A DNA stretch of 64,000 nucleotides from Alphaproteobacteria bacterium (GCA_050175015.1 JBFXJJ010000003.1:128001-192000), one strand, 5' to 3'; positions 38,540-49,134 are shown, counted from the stretch's first letter. Translations and numbers: made by a program. The notes: generated by a model from the sequence alone, not told the origin.

Positions 38540-39880
38540 TTAAGCTCGTGGTTTTTGGAAGTTTCCATATCCACGTGCTACACAAATTCCGTCTTTGTGA
38601 TCGTAAACTTTGCTACCTCTTACAAACGTCTGATATATTTTACCTTTAAAAATCATATTTTCAAATGGGGTAACTTTGCCCTTAGATAAAAAATCATCGC
38701 CTTTAATAAGCCATTCATCAGCAGCATTAATTAAAACTATATCGGCATCTTTGCCAACTTTAATGGAACCCTTGCGGTCATCTAGTTTAAATTTTTTAGC
38801 AGTATTAAGAGAAGTTATTTCTGATAATTTCTTTAATGAAATTTTGCCTTTTAAATATCCTTCAGAAAACATATAAGGAAACAGGGTTCCAACTCCAGGA
38901 ATCCCGCCATAAGCCTGCCAGATAGAACATTGTTTGCGTTCTTTAGGGCAGGGTGCGTGATCTGAGGTGATAAAAGATATTTTACCATTTTGAACAAGCT
39001 GCCACAATTCTTCTTTGTTATGATTTGGTTTTATGGGAGGACATATTTTAAGCGGCGCTCCAATTTTTTCAAAATCATCTAAGGTGAAAGCAAGATAATG
39101 AGGACAGGTTTCGCCTGACAAATAAGGTTCATCAAGAAAAGACGCAGCTTTTGCTGTTCCAATATGAACAATGTGTAAGTCTGTTTGATATTTTTTTGCC
39201 AGAGATACAACTTTTTTTACAGCGGTAATTTCAGCTTCCTCAGGACGTGATTGAGAAAATTCCTTAGGTGAGTTGGATTCCTTGTTAACCTTTGCTTGAT
39301 TGCAAACATCTTCATCTTCAGCGTGAACCATAACAATGCGGTCAAGTTCCTTAGCTGTTTTCAAAACCTCGTCAAGTTCGTCATACGAAACTTTAGGAAA
39401 AGTTTCCATACCAGAAAGCGTATAGGTTTTATATGCTGCCACATAAGGTGCAATTTCTTTCATATTTAAAGGAAAACCTTCAGTCATAGAAAGATGACTT
39501 ACTCCGCCGTGAAAAGCAAAGTCGATTATGGCTTTAGGTGAAACAATGCTTAATTTGTTTTCTAAATTGTTAAGACTAGTTACAGGAGGCAGAGAAGTGC
39601 AGGGCATATCAATGATAGTTGTTACTCCTCCAGAAGCTGCGGCACTTGTTCCTTGGAAAAAATCCTCTTGGGTTTCAAAACCTGGATCATTAAAATGAAC
39701 GTGAGAATCTATTGCTCCAGGAAGAGCAAGCAAGCCTTTAGCCTCAACCGTATTTTTAGCATCAGGTAAGTCAGAGCCAATAGCGGCAATTTTGCCATCT
39801 TTAACCAAAATATCGGCTAAAATGGTTTCTTCATTGCCCTCTATTAAGACTTCGGCTCCGCTAATTTTTAAATCATACAT
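38540..39880 (-). CDS. cyclic amidohydrolase (allantoinase/hydantoinase family)
   Basis: PGAIDSHVH, GGVTTIIDMP, HAED, ETCPHYL, SDHAP. Confidence 0.88.
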   Translation of the reverse strand: MYDLKISGAEVLIEGNEETILADILVKDGKIAAIGSDLPDAKNTVEAKGLLALPGAIDSHVHFNDPGFETQEDFFQGTSAAASGGVTTIIDMPCTSLPPVTSLNNLENKLSIVSPKAIIDFAFHGGVSHLSMTEGFPLNMKEIAPYVAAYKTYTLSGMETFPKVSYDELDEVLKTAKELDRIVMVHAEDEDVCNQAKVNKESNSPKEFSQSRPEEAEITAVKKVVSLAKKYQTDLHIVHIGTAKAASFLDEPYLSGETCPHYLAFTLDDFEKIGAPLKICPPIKPNHNKEELWQLVQNGKISFITSDHAPCPKERKQCSIWQAYGGIPGVGTLFPYMFSEGYLKGKISLKKLSEITSLNTAKKFKLDDRKGSIKVGKDADIVLINAADEWLIKGDDFLSKGKVTPFENMIFKGKIYQTFVRGSKVYDHKDGICVARGYGNFQKPRA

Positions 39881-39889
39881 TTTTACCCT

Positions 39890-42457
39890 CTATTTTTTAA
39901 TATAACCCATAGGAAGATTAAAACGCTGTTTGCCGTCAAAGACTCTGAAAGCGCCTGCAACCGCAGAAGCCGTTGGCACTAAGCCGATTTCGCCTAAACC
40001 TTTAGCACCGTAGGGACCATATTGATCAATCTCTTCAATCGGAATTACTTTCACTTCGGGTGTTTCTTTTACTCTTAAGATACCAATTTTTCCAAATTTA
40101 GTGTGTACGGGATAACCATCTTTCCATTCACAGTCTTCGGTCAAAGCATATCCTAAACCCATATGGACAGCACCTTCTACTTGCCCTTCATAAAGGGTTT
40201 TGTTGATGATTCTTCCAGAATCGTGAGCGGCGATAACTTTTTTGATTCTACCTTCATCATCTAAGATAACGCATTGTGTCGCATAGCTGTAAGAATAATG
40301 GGCAAAAGGTTTTTCAGGAAGTGTTCCTTTAAATGAATTATTCGTAAAATCACAAATCCAGTGTCCTTGATATTCCTTGCCAACAAGATTTTTTAAACCA
40401 TATTTATTAAGGTCTTGATTGAACTTCTGACAGGCATCAAGCATAGCATTTCCTAAAAGGGAGGTTCCTCTTGATGAGGTTGTCATACCGGTTGAGGCTT
40501 CAGAGCAGGTTTCATTTTTAACCGTTACAATTTCAGGGCTAAGTCCTGTTTCTTCACAAAATACTTGTAGAGCGACGGTGTGTACGCCCTGTCCCATTTC
40601 GGTCCAGCCGTGATAAAGTTCAATTTTATCTTCAGCTTTGACAATTATTTTTACCAAGCTTTCATCAATACCGCCGTTGCCGACGCCAGTATTTTTCACT
40701 CCGCAGGCAATGCCTGCAAATTTTGCGTTTTTGAAGTCATCTTTAACCGCAAGAAGCGTTTTCTTAAGTCCAACGCCTTGTTCTAAAATTTGTCCTGATG
40801 TGATCATTGAACCAACATCAAGCGCATTATCATAACGGAACTGCCATCTGTCGAAGCCTCCTTGATGACATAAGTCATCAACGCAGGATTCCATAGCAAA
40901 GTTGGATTGGTTAACGCCAAATCCACGCATAGCTCCGCAAGGGACATTGTTAGTATAGATAGCCTTGGCTTCAATATCGAGATTAGGAACTTCGTAAGCT
41001 CCAGAAGAATGTCCTGCCGCACGTTCCATAACTTTCATACCAACAGAGGCATAAGCTCCAGTGTCGCCCAAAATATTGGCTTTTAATGCGGTGAGTTTGC
41101 CATTCTTGTCGCAAGCTAAGGTATATTCCAGTTTCATAGGGTGGCGTTTGGGGTGCATAAGCATTGATTCTTCTCGTGACAGCCTAACCCTTACAGGGCA
41201 TTGGCAGAGCATCGAGTATACTGCTGCGTGTCCTTGAACGGTTAAATCTTCTTTACCGCCAAAAGCACCGCCATTTTGAACTTGAATAACATTAATGTTA
41301 TTTTCTTCAAGACCTGTTATTAAGGAAATCTGTTTGCGGTCGACATAGACCCCTTGTCCTTGAGAATAAACCGTCAGTTTGCCTTCATCTGTAGGCAGAG
41401 CAACCGCACATTCGGTTTCTAGAAAAGCGTGTTCAATACGTTGGGTTGTCCAAACACCTTTTGTAACATATGCCGCATTTTTTATGGCATTTTCAGGATC
41501 GCCGATCTTAAGCGAGCTTACAGATAGGACATTGTTTTCATCCCCGTCGTGAACTATTGGAGCATTGGGTAAAATGGCATCTTCCATAGAGCAAACAGGT
41601 GTTAAAACTTCATAGTCAACTTTTATCAATGAAGCTGCAAAACGAGCGGTTTCTTCACTGTCGGCAACCACTCCTGCAATCACATCTCCAATATAATTGG
41701 TAACATCGCCCTCTTTTATCATAAATGGCCAGTCTAGCCTTACTAATCCAACTTTATTTTTAGTTGGCAGATCTTTTGCGGTTATAATCCTTACAACGCC
41801 CTTAACTTTAAGAGCTTCCGAGGCATCAATGTTTAAAACCCTAGCTTTGGGATATTCTGAAAATTTAAGCGCTCCGAATTTCATACTCTCAAAAGTCATA
41901 TCAAAAACATAAGGACGCTTTCCTATAACCGCCATTGCGGTTTCATATTTTGAGGTTCGGCTTCCTATTTTGCCATCTTCTTTAGGAATAGGAGGAGCTT
42001 CTCCTCTTAGAATTTCTGCTGTAAAAAGAACGGCATCAATAATTTTTTTATAGCCCGTACAGCGGCAGATATTGCGGTTAATCGCAGCTTTTATATCATC
42101 AATACTGGGATTAATATTATCTTTTAGAAGGCAGTATGCACTCATAACAATTCCAGGGGTGCAAAAGCCACATTGAATTCCGCCTTTTTCAACAAAAGCC
42201 CTAATAAAAGCCTGTTTAAAATCTTCAGGAAGCCCTTCCGCTGTTATAACTTCTTTCCCTGCAATTTTGCTTAAAGGCGTAACACAGGAAAGAGTTGCTT
42301 TGCCATCGACACACACCGTGCAGGCTCCGCAACTTCCCTGAGAACAGCCATCTTTAGGGGTGGTATCACCCCTAAAAAGACGTAAGTAGTTTAACAAAGA
42401 AATTTTGCTATCGCCTGAAAATTTTATTTTTTCTCCATTTACAATAAATTCCAGCAT
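39890..42457 (-). CDS. xdh: selenium-dependent-type xanthine dehydrogenase (fused 2Fe-2S + Moco)
   Basis: KDGCSQGSCGAC, QCGFCTPG, GGAFGGKED, HPKRHP, GAMRGFGV, KNTGVGNG, TTSSR, YSYATQ, KGLGEIG. Confidence 0.9.
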   Translation of the reverse strand: MLEFIVNGEKIKFSGDSKISLLNYLRLFRGDTTPKDGCSQGSCGACTVCVDGKATLSCVTPLSKIAGKEVITAEGLPEDFKQAFIRAFVEKGGIQCGFCTPGIVMSAYCLLKDNINPSIDDIKAAINRNICRCTGYKKIIDAVLFTAEILRGEAPPIPKEDGKIGSRTSKYETAMAVIGKRPYVFDMTFESMKFGALKFSEYPKARVLNIDASEALKVKGVVRIITAKDLPTKNKVGLVRLDWPFMIKEGDVTNYIGDVIAGVVADSEETARFAASLIKVDYEVLTPVCSMEDAILPNAPIVHDGDENNVLSVSSLKIGDPENAIKNAAYVTKGVWTTQRIEHAFLETECAVALPTDEGKLTVYSQGQGVYVDRKQISLITGLEENNINVIQVQNGGAFGGKEDLTVQGHAAVYSMLCQCPVRVRLSREESMLMHPKRHPMKLEYTLACDKNGKLTALKANILGDTGAYASVGMKVMERAAGHSSGAYEVPNLDIEAKAIYTNNVPCGAMRGFGVNQSNFAMESCVDDLCHQGGFDRWQFRYDNALDVGSMITSGQILEQGVGLKKTLLAVKDDFKNAKFAGIACGVKNTGVGNGGIDESLVKIIVKAEDKIELYHGWTEMGQGVHTVALQVFCEETGLSPEIVTVKNETCSEASTGMTTSSRGTSLLGNAMLDACQKFNQDLNKYGLKNLVGKEYQGHWICDFTNNSFKGTLPEKPFAHYSYSYATQCVILDDEGRIKKVIAAHDSGRIINKTLYEGQVEGAVHMGLGYALTEDCEWKDGYPVHTKFGKIGILRVKETPEVKVIPIEEIDQYGPYGAKGLGEIGLVPTASAVAGAFRVFDGKQRFNLPMGYIKK

Positions 42458-44947
42458 TTACCTGTCCTTCATACTAAGAGCGCCAGTAAAGCACATCTTC
42501 GTACAATAGGTACAGCCAACGCATTTATTAGGATCAAATACAGGTTTGCGGTTAGCATCAAGTGTTACTGCTTGATAACCACAGTTAGTACAATTTCCGC
42601 AAGATAAGCAAAGATCTTGGTTGCAAGTTGGAATTTGCTTGGTTGCAGGAAGATCCATAAAGTCAGTAATAGGGTTAGGCAAAGCACAGCCGATAAGTTC
42701 ATTAACAGATTTAATTCTTTTAGCTTCTAATAAGTGAGAAAGTCCAGAATTAAGTTCTTTTATAATATGAACGCCGTGTTTCATTGCAATGGAGCAGAAT
42801 TGAACATTTCTAACGCCAAGGGCAAGGAAGTTTGCTGCGGCTCTGTAATCCATTGGACCGCCGTTGCCTGAAATGAAGACGCCGAGAGGTGCGGCATTAG
42901 CTAATGTTAAATAGCTGATAGGGAGCACGCCCTCGCCAGCCATACCAGCAACAACACCTTCGTCCCATTTACTATTGCCATCTTTTCTTGGTCTAAAGCC
43001 AAGAGTAGGGAAAGAGTTAGCAAGAGTTATTCCTACTTTCGATTTAGGATAATTTGCCATTGCGCCTTTAACCGCATTAATAATAGGAACGATGGAGGTA
43101 ACCGCTGCGGTTAATTTGAAAATTTTAGGAATGTCAGGATTGCCTGCTTCTAAGACATATTCAATAATTTGTTGAGTTAGAGCCGCATTCTGGGAAACAA
43201 TATCCCCTTCGGTGCCATCACCGCCTTGAGGGCAGGAAAGGCTGTATTCAACCCCGATAACGCCTGCATCTTCAAGTTTTTTAGTGTTCGACTGCCAGCC
43301 TTTGCGGTCTGATTCTTCGTGTCCCGTAACAGGACCGCCGGTTGATGCCATTGTTAATCTGTCAGGATATTTTTTCCTTAGCTCTTCAACTTCACGGCAA
43401 ACTCTTTCTAAGGCGTGATCAGAAACGTTATCGCAGTTAGCAAAAGTTGATTTAGTATAAGCAAACATATATCCAGCAGGAACGTGAATTGGAATACCAT
43501 CAAATGATGTTTTAAGAACACCGCCTGTCCAGCCATTTTGATATGCAAGCTTCATCTGATCGATACCGTCGGTGTGAGGCGCTGCTGACAAAATGAAAGG
43601 AGATGACATTTTAAAGCCGAAGAAATCACAAGTTAAATCAACAGGATTGGTATTAATACCTTCAACAGAGGTACGGCTTTTAGCTCTTTGTTTAACTAAA
43701 ACCGAGGTTTTTTTCAAACTTTCATCGGTTTTTGTGCCATTTAAAAGAGCGTCAATATCGAGAGCTGCATTCTTACCAGAAGCAACAGCTTCAACAGCGG
43801 TTGAACCACCGTGAACACAATCGCCAGCATAAAATATTTTAGGATTTTTATCACTTTGGGTTTTATGACTGCCGCCAAGATATGATGCCTTGCCGCCAAT
43901 AGCTAAAATAACTAGGTCAAAATCAGGACGTTTTACAGATGTTCCTGCAATATCAACTAACTTGCCTTCGTTGTTGTTAGTCGTTTTACAGGTTGTAAGC
44001 GTCTTTTTGCCATTTTCTTCAGTTATTTTTTCAACTCTGGTTCTGGTTGTAATATCAATTTTAGCGTCAAGTAAAAGCTGTCTTTCGTGTGATGTTAAAC
44101 GCATATCTGCAACCGTTCTTCTAACAAACATTTCAACTTGAGAAGAACCAAGTCTTTTAGCTTCAGTTGCACAGTCTACAGCCACGGCTCCGCCGCCAAT
44201 AATAGCAACGTTACCTTTGGTTTTATATTTTGCGGTATCTTTCAAATATTCCGTGAAAGGAAGCGCATTTTCAAGTTCGCCGTCAACTCCTAAGACAGAA
44301 AAATCAGGTTCGCCAACCGCAATCAAAACAGCATCAAAACCTTCCTTTAATAAACTTTCAGCATCTTCAACTTTAGTGTTTGATTTTAAAGTAATATGGC
44401 TGGCTTCAAGCGTGAACTCATAATCTGCTTTGATGGCATCATCAGGCAGACGGCAATCTGGAATAAGAGAAGCGGCACCGCCTAAAACGTTTCTTTCATC
44501 AAAAAGGGTGATTTCATAGCCTTTTCTTCCTAGGAAAGCAGCAGCTCCAATGCCCGCAGGTCCAGCGCCGATAACTGCTACTTTTCTGCCGTTTTTCGCT
44601 GGTTTTGCAGGAGCTTTAAGAACGCCTAAGTCTCGAGCTTTTTTGATGACGGTTGCTTGAATAGCAGGAATATTAATAGCTTTATCAAAGTTTTTCTTAG
44701 AGCAAGCACCCATACAAAGATTATCAGGGCAGATAATGCCGCAAACGTGTCCCAAAGGGTTTGCTGCTAAAATTTCTTTAGCCGCTCTGGCTATATCTTG
44801 TGGGGCTCCTTGTTTTGCTGCCATAATAAAGTCAGCAGGAGAACAGTGAACAGGGCAGCCTTCAAGACAAGGCTTATCTGCGCAGTATAAACATCTATCA
44901 ATTTCAGCTTGCAGCTGAGCATCAGTTAAATAAAGATTATTAGTCAA
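42458..44947 (-). CDS. fused PreT-PreA-like flavin/Fe-S oxidoreductase (dihydropyrimidine-dehydrogenase-like)
   Basis: RCLYC..PC...CP, GAGPAG, GGGAVAVD, DHOD-like barrel (SLSCPQ), two C-terminal 4Fe-4S motifs; TTG start at 44947 after AAGGAG. Confidence 0.85.
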   Translation of the reverse strand: MTNNLYLTDAQLQAEIDRCLYCADKPCLEGCPVHCSPADFIMAAKQGAPQDIARAAKEILAANPLGHVCGIICPDNLCMGACSKKNFDKAINIPAIQATVIKKARDLGVLKAPAKPAKNGRKVAVIGAGPAGIGAAAFLGRKGYEITLFDERNVLGGAASLIPDCRLPDDAIKADYEFTLEASHITLKSNTKVEDAESLLKEGFDAVLIAVGEPDFSVLGVDGELENALPFTEYLKDTAKYKTKGNVAIIGGGAVAVDCATEAKRLGSSQVEMFVRRTVADMRLTSHERQLLLDAKIDITTRTRVEKITEENGKKTLTTCKTTNNNEGKLVDIAGTSVKRPDFDLVILAIGGKASYLGGSHKTQSDKNPKIFYAGDCVHGGSTAVEAVASGKNAALDIDALLNGTKTDESLKKTSVLVKQRAKSRTSVEGINTNPVDLTCDFFGFKMSSPFILSAAPHTDGIDQMKLAYQNGWTGGVLKTSFDGIPIHVPAGYMFAYTKSTFANCDNVSDHALERVCREVEELRKKYPDRLTMASTGGPVTGHEESDRKGWQSNTKKLEDAGVIGVEYSLSCPQGGDGTEGDIVSQNAALTQQIIEYVLEAGNPDIPKIFKLTAAVTSIVPIINAVKGAMANYPKSKVGITLANSFPTLGFRPRKDGNSKWDEGVVAGMAGEGVLPISYLTLANAAPLGVFISGNGGPMDYRAAANFLALGVRNVQFCSIAMKHGVHIIKELNSGLSHLLEAKRIKSVNELIGCALPNPITDFMDLPATKQIPTCNQDLCLSCGNCTNCGYQAVTLDANRKPVFDPNKCVGCTYCTKMCFTGALSMKDR

Positions 44948-44981
44948 AATTTGCTCCTTAAAAATTATTAAGATTTTTTTA

Positions 44982-46313
44982 TTAGAAACGATTCCAAAGA
45001 TTCTTTGCAGCTTCCATAGATTTTGCCGCAGCTTCTTTTTCATCAACATCAATCGTTAGATGTTTGTTTTCCATTAGGACTTTTCCAGCACAAATTGTGG
45101 TATCAACCTGAGCAGAATTAAAGCCAAAAACTAAATGTCCTAAGACATTGCTGGCATCAAGAGGGGTAGGTGGGTATTGATCCAGCATTACAATATCAGC
45201 GGCTCCGCCTTCTTTAAGTTCACCTAAACCGATGTTGTTCCAGATACGGTTAGCAATTTTAGGATTGTTAAACCATAAGGCAGATGCTCCTTCAACAAAG
45301 CCCGCGGAAGGATTTCTTTGGTTGTATTTTTGCGCCCAGATGGCACAGCGAACTTCTTCACGCATATCAACTGTCATTGCATCTGTTCCGAGACCAACGA
45401 GAATGCCTTTTTCAAACATTTTAACCGTGTTGGCAATTCCAACAGCATTATTCAAATTAGACTGAGGATTGTGAACAACCATAGTATTCGTTTTTGCTAA
45501 AAGATCTAATTCATTGTCATTGGTATGAACGCAGTGAACACATATGGTGTCTTTGCCTAGAACGCCCATTTTGTTGAAGCGTTCAACAACTCTTAAACCG
45601 TGTTCTTTGACGCAGGCATCTTCATCACTTTCAGCTTCTGCCGTGTGAACGTGAAAACCTGTTTTTAGATCTTTAGCGAAAGAAACGCATTTTTCTAAAG
45701 TTTTATCACTTACGGTAAAAGAGGCGTGAAGTCCGAATAACGCCGTTAGCTGCTCATCATTTTCTTTCTGGCAGCGTTTAATAAAGTTGACGTTTTCCTC
45801 AATACCTTCTTCGGCAATTTTTTCACCGTCTCTATCGGAAACTTCATAGCATAAACAAGAGCGCAAACCAGTTTCTTTAACAGCTTCGGCAATGGTATCA
45901 AGAGAACCTGTAATTGCAAAAGGACTGGCGTGATGATCGATTAAAGTTGTGGTTCCGCTTTTTATAGCGGCGATAAGGGGGAATAAGGCACTATAGTAGG
46001 TGTCTTCTAGTGAAAGTTTGGTATCTAAACGCCACCAAAGGTTTTTAAGCACTCCTCCAAAATCATAAGCTGGTTCAGCTTTGCCAAGACCTCTTACTAA
46101 GGTGCTGTAAAAATGCATATGAGCATTAATGATTCCTGGGATAACGATTCTGCCGTCGGCGTTTATTTCTTTATCAAAAGAGCCTTTGATTTCATCATCT
46201 TTGGCGATTTTAACAATCTTATTATTTTCAACCAAGATAGAATGATTAGGCAAAACGCGACCGTTTTCACCACCTGTAATAACAAGTGCATTGCGAACGA
46301 TTAAATTGGACAT
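44982..46313 (-). CDS. ssnA: aminohydrolase SsnA
   Basis: NAHMHFYS, LWWRLD, IDHHASP, CYEVSDRDG, GLHASFT, HNPQSNLNNAVG. Confidence 0.92.
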   Translation of the reverse strand: MSNLIVRNALVITGGENGRVLPNHSILVENNKIVKIAKDDEIKGSFDKEINADGRIVIPGIINAHMHFYSTLVRGLGKAEPAYDFGGVLKNLWWRLDTKLSLEDTYYSALFPLIAAIKSGTTTLIDHHASPFAITGSLDTIAEAVKETGLRSCLCYEVSDRDGEKIAEEGIEENVNFIKRCQKENDEQLTALFGLHASFTVSDKTLEKCVSFAKDLKTGFHVHTAEAESDEDACVKEHGLRVVERFNKMGVLGKDTICVHCVHTNDNELDLLAKTNTMVVHNPQSNLNNAVGIANTVKMFEKGILVGLGTDAMTVDMREEVRCAIWAQKYNQRNPSAGFVEGASALWFNNPKIANRIWNNIGLGELKEGGAADIVMLDQYPPTPLDASNVLGHLVFGFNSAQVDTTICAGKVLMENKHLTIDVDEKEAAAKSMEAAKNLWNRF

Positions 46314-46384
46314 ATTTTTCTCCAGATAAAAATATTTTGAACTAAATATTTTATTTGGTTTATCCAAAATTTACAACGATTTTC

Positions 46385-47746
46385 TCAATTTTGTTTATTC
46401 TCGTCATCATCTTCCTGTGAAGGTGCTGCTACTTCCTTCAATCTTTCTTTTTCATCAGCAGGAAGAAACTTATCCGCTAAAGCCCAATACAAAGATTGTT
46501 CACAAAAAGTCTTTGAAACCGCATAAGAAATCATAGATACGGCGAGTAGAGAGATGGTTGTTTTTTGGTCGCTGGTCATTTCCATAACAATAACAGCTGC
46601 AGTTATTGGAGAGTGGACAACGCTAGAGAAATAGCCTGCCATACACATAATGATTATAACAGATTTTGTCATATCTGGAAAAAAGTCAGCGATATTAGCG
46701 CCAATGCCTGCTCCAATAGATAGTGATGGCGCAAAAATGCCGCCAGGAATACCACTTATATATGAAAGAATGGTTGCAAGAAATTTATAAAAACCAAACC
46801 ATAAGGTTTCAATATCTTGCCCTTGAATTAACTTACAAGCTTGTTCATATCCTGTGCCAAAAGTAAGATTACCAGAAAGTCTTCCTATGATTGCAATTAA
46901 AAGACCGCAGATCGCTGCAAAAATTACAGGACGGGCTTTTGTGAAAGCACTTAGCTTTTTGCCAAGAACTTTATCGGTATGGATAATGGTATAATTAAAG
47001 ATTGTGCCGATAAGACCGCAGACTATACCGCATAAAATTACTAGATAGACCCAGTTTTCGTGAGAATCTATTAAAAGATTACTGCGTCCGAAATAGGTAT
47101 AGTTGCCAGTAATAGACATAGAAACAATACCAGCAATAACAACGGTTGTTAAAACGATACCGCTGGTTTTGGTTTCAAAGGAACGGCTTAATTCTTCAAT
47201 GGCAAAAACAATTCCTGCTAATGGAGTATTAAATGCTGCTGCAACTCCTGCGGCACCTCCTGCCAGAATTAATGATTTTCTAGTCTTGTAACTAGAAATA
47301 TGAAGGAAGCGTCCTAAAAAAGACATAATTGACGCTCCAATCTGAACCGTAGGACCTTCTCTGCCAATTGAAGCTCCGCCACAAAGACCAAGCATTGTTA
47401 TAAAAATTTTACCGCAGGCTATTTTCATAGATAAGAGTTTAAAGCATTCGGCTTTTTTGCGAATGTGCATTGCTGCGATAGTCTGTGGAATGCCGCTGCC
47501 TTCAGATCCTTGGAAAAAAGACTTAGTTAAATAAACACCAAAAGCCATAAAAGATGGTGTTATGATTAAGGCAAGCCAATTATTTTTTTCCAGCATTTTA
47601 AAGAAAAGAGTGTCGGCAAAAAAACTGCCTTTGGCAAAAAAAACGGCAACAATCCCGACTGCCATAGCGCCAAGCCAATACACAAGGCGATATAACCATA
47701 TATTGGGTGATACCCACCACCGGTGATTATGCCTGAAAATTATCAT
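46385..47746 (-). CDS. ClC-family chloride channel / H+:Cl- antiporter
   Basis: GSGIP, GREGP, AFNTPLAG, GGIFAP. Confidence 0.93.
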   Translation of the reverse strand: MIIFRHNHRWWVSPNIWLYRLVYWLGAMAVGIVAVFFAKGSFFADTLFFKMLEKNNWLALIITPSFMAFGVYLTKSFFQGSEGSGIPQTIAAMHIRKKAECFKLLSMKIACGKIFITMLGLCGGASIGREGPTVQIGASIMSFLGRFLHISSYKTRKSLILAGGAAGVAAAFNTPLAGIVFAIEELSRSFETKTSGIVLTTVVIAGIVSMSITGNYTYFGRSNLLIDSHENWVYLVILCGIVCGLIGTIFNYTIIHTDKVLGKKLSAFTKARPVIFAAICGLLIAIIGRLSGNLTFGTGYEQACKLIQGQDIETLWFGFYKFLATILSYISGIPGGIFAPSLSIGAGIGANIADFFPDMTKSVIIIMCMAGYFSSVVHSPITAAVIVMEMTSDQKTTISLLAVSMISYAVSKTFCEQSLYWALADKFLPADEKERLKEVAAPSQEDDDENKQN

Positions 47747-47988
47747 TTTGAAATGTTTGTTTTCTTTGTTATTTTTTAGTCTTACACAACTAAAGACAAG
47801 GTATATTACTTAAAATAATCAATGTCAACCAAGCTTTGAGAGTTTTTTTAAATGTTTTCGTATTAAAATTTTTTAAGAGATACAGCAAAGTTTTAGGATA
47901 AAATTGTTATAGATTTTAAGGCGCGGTATTTTTTAGATTGAATAGTAATTTTTTTGTTTTTGTTAGAAGCAAATAACTTGGCAAATTA

Positions 47989-49134
47989 CTAAATTCTAAC
48001 TCCTAATAGGCGGATTAAAGCAGTTTCGCAAGGAACAGATTCATTTAAGGCAATCATATGACCTAGGCCTTGAGCTTCGAGTTTACCAATTTCGTCAACG
48101 ACTAATATATCGGCATTTTTGCGGGCATCTATAATTGTTTTTTTAGCATAACTCCAAGCATCATCATAAAAGTCAAACCAGAGTCCATTTTTTGCAGGAG
48201 TTTCTCGGCGGCGAGCTAGTGGTATATGTTCACCTGTTGCGACATTCTCAACGTCATATCCTGAAGAATCAAAATCACCATTAAGCGAAGGTTGTAAAAT
48301 GCCGCCAACTTTAAAACCTTGTTGCGATAATTCCGAAACAACACGTTTTAAAAAGCTGGTTTTTCCGCTTCTTTTCTCGCCTTTTATTTCTAAAGTAAAA
48401 GGAGGAACGTCAGGAAGAAGAGGCTTAATTTCCTCCCAATTATCTTTAGTATTAAGGTTAAAACTTCCAAAATCATTAGAGTATGGTAAGGCAAAGCCAA
48501 TTTTATCCATAATATTATCAAAACGAGCTGTTTGAGGGGTTTCTTTTAAAACGTCTAATGCCGTTGTTTGAGACAACCAGACAGGCTGAATCTTAGTATT
48601 GTTTTTTTCATAGAATAACGCATTATGATTGCTGTTATAAGCGGCATTACAAAGAGTGTGCCAAGAAGATATTTGGCAGGATATACGATCAACGGCGTGA
48701 AATAAAATGCCTTTTTCCAAATCATTTTTAAAAAAGCGTATTCCGGCCTGAACCGAAGAGAATGGTCCTTGTTCATAATCGTTATTAACGACAATAGAGA
48801 GATTTAAACTGCCGAGTTTAACATCGCACGGGGGCGTCAAACCATTTAAAAAGCTAAGTTCTTCAAAATAAGAGGATATATGATGCCCGAGCACGATAAC
48901 CGCTTTTTTTCCTCCGGCTCTACGAAAAACATCAAGCAGCAACATAATTAATGGCCGGTCTTGATGTTTTAAGAGCCCCTTAGGATATCCCATACGGCTT
49001 GATTTACCTCCTGCCATAATAATTAATGGCGGTAAATCATTAGCACTAATCAAGGATTTTATTGATGTTCTCACTTCTTCCCAGTGTGATAACATTATGT
49101 TCCTTTGTTTTTCTGCTAGTTTCACGAGAGCCAA
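47989..49134 (-). CDS. MocA/MobA-like nucleotidyltransferase fused to NTPase_1/DUF2478-like P-loop domain (true start may be TTG 49053)
   Basis: MAGGKSSRMG.PKGLL, N.DYEQG..SS; C-terminal GEKRSGKTS, VGGILQP, VVDEIGKLE. Confidence 0.8.
   Translation of the reverse strand: MALVKLAEKQRNIMLSHWEEVRTSIKSLISANDLPPLIIMAGGKSSRMGYPKGLLKHQDRPLIMLLLDVFRRAGGKKAVIVLGHHISSYFEELSFLNGLTPPCDVKLGSLNLSIVVNNDYEQGPFSSVQAGIRFFKNDLEKGILFHAVDRISCQISSWHTLCNAAYNSNHNALFYEKNNTKIQPVWLSQTTALDVLKETPQTARFDNIMDKIGFALPYSNDFGSFNLNTKDNWEEIKPLLPDVPPFTLEIKGEKRSGKTSFLKRVVSELSQQGFKVGGILQPSLNGDFDSSGYDVENVATGEHIPLARRRETPAKNGLWFDFYDDAWSYAKKTIIDARKNADILVVDEIGKLEAQGLGHMIALNESVPCETALIRLLGVRI

Noticed and set aside
44948-45052. Long overlap of oxidoreductase ORF with ssnA
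   Set aside because: AAGGAG followed by TTG at 44947 gives a non-overlapping start
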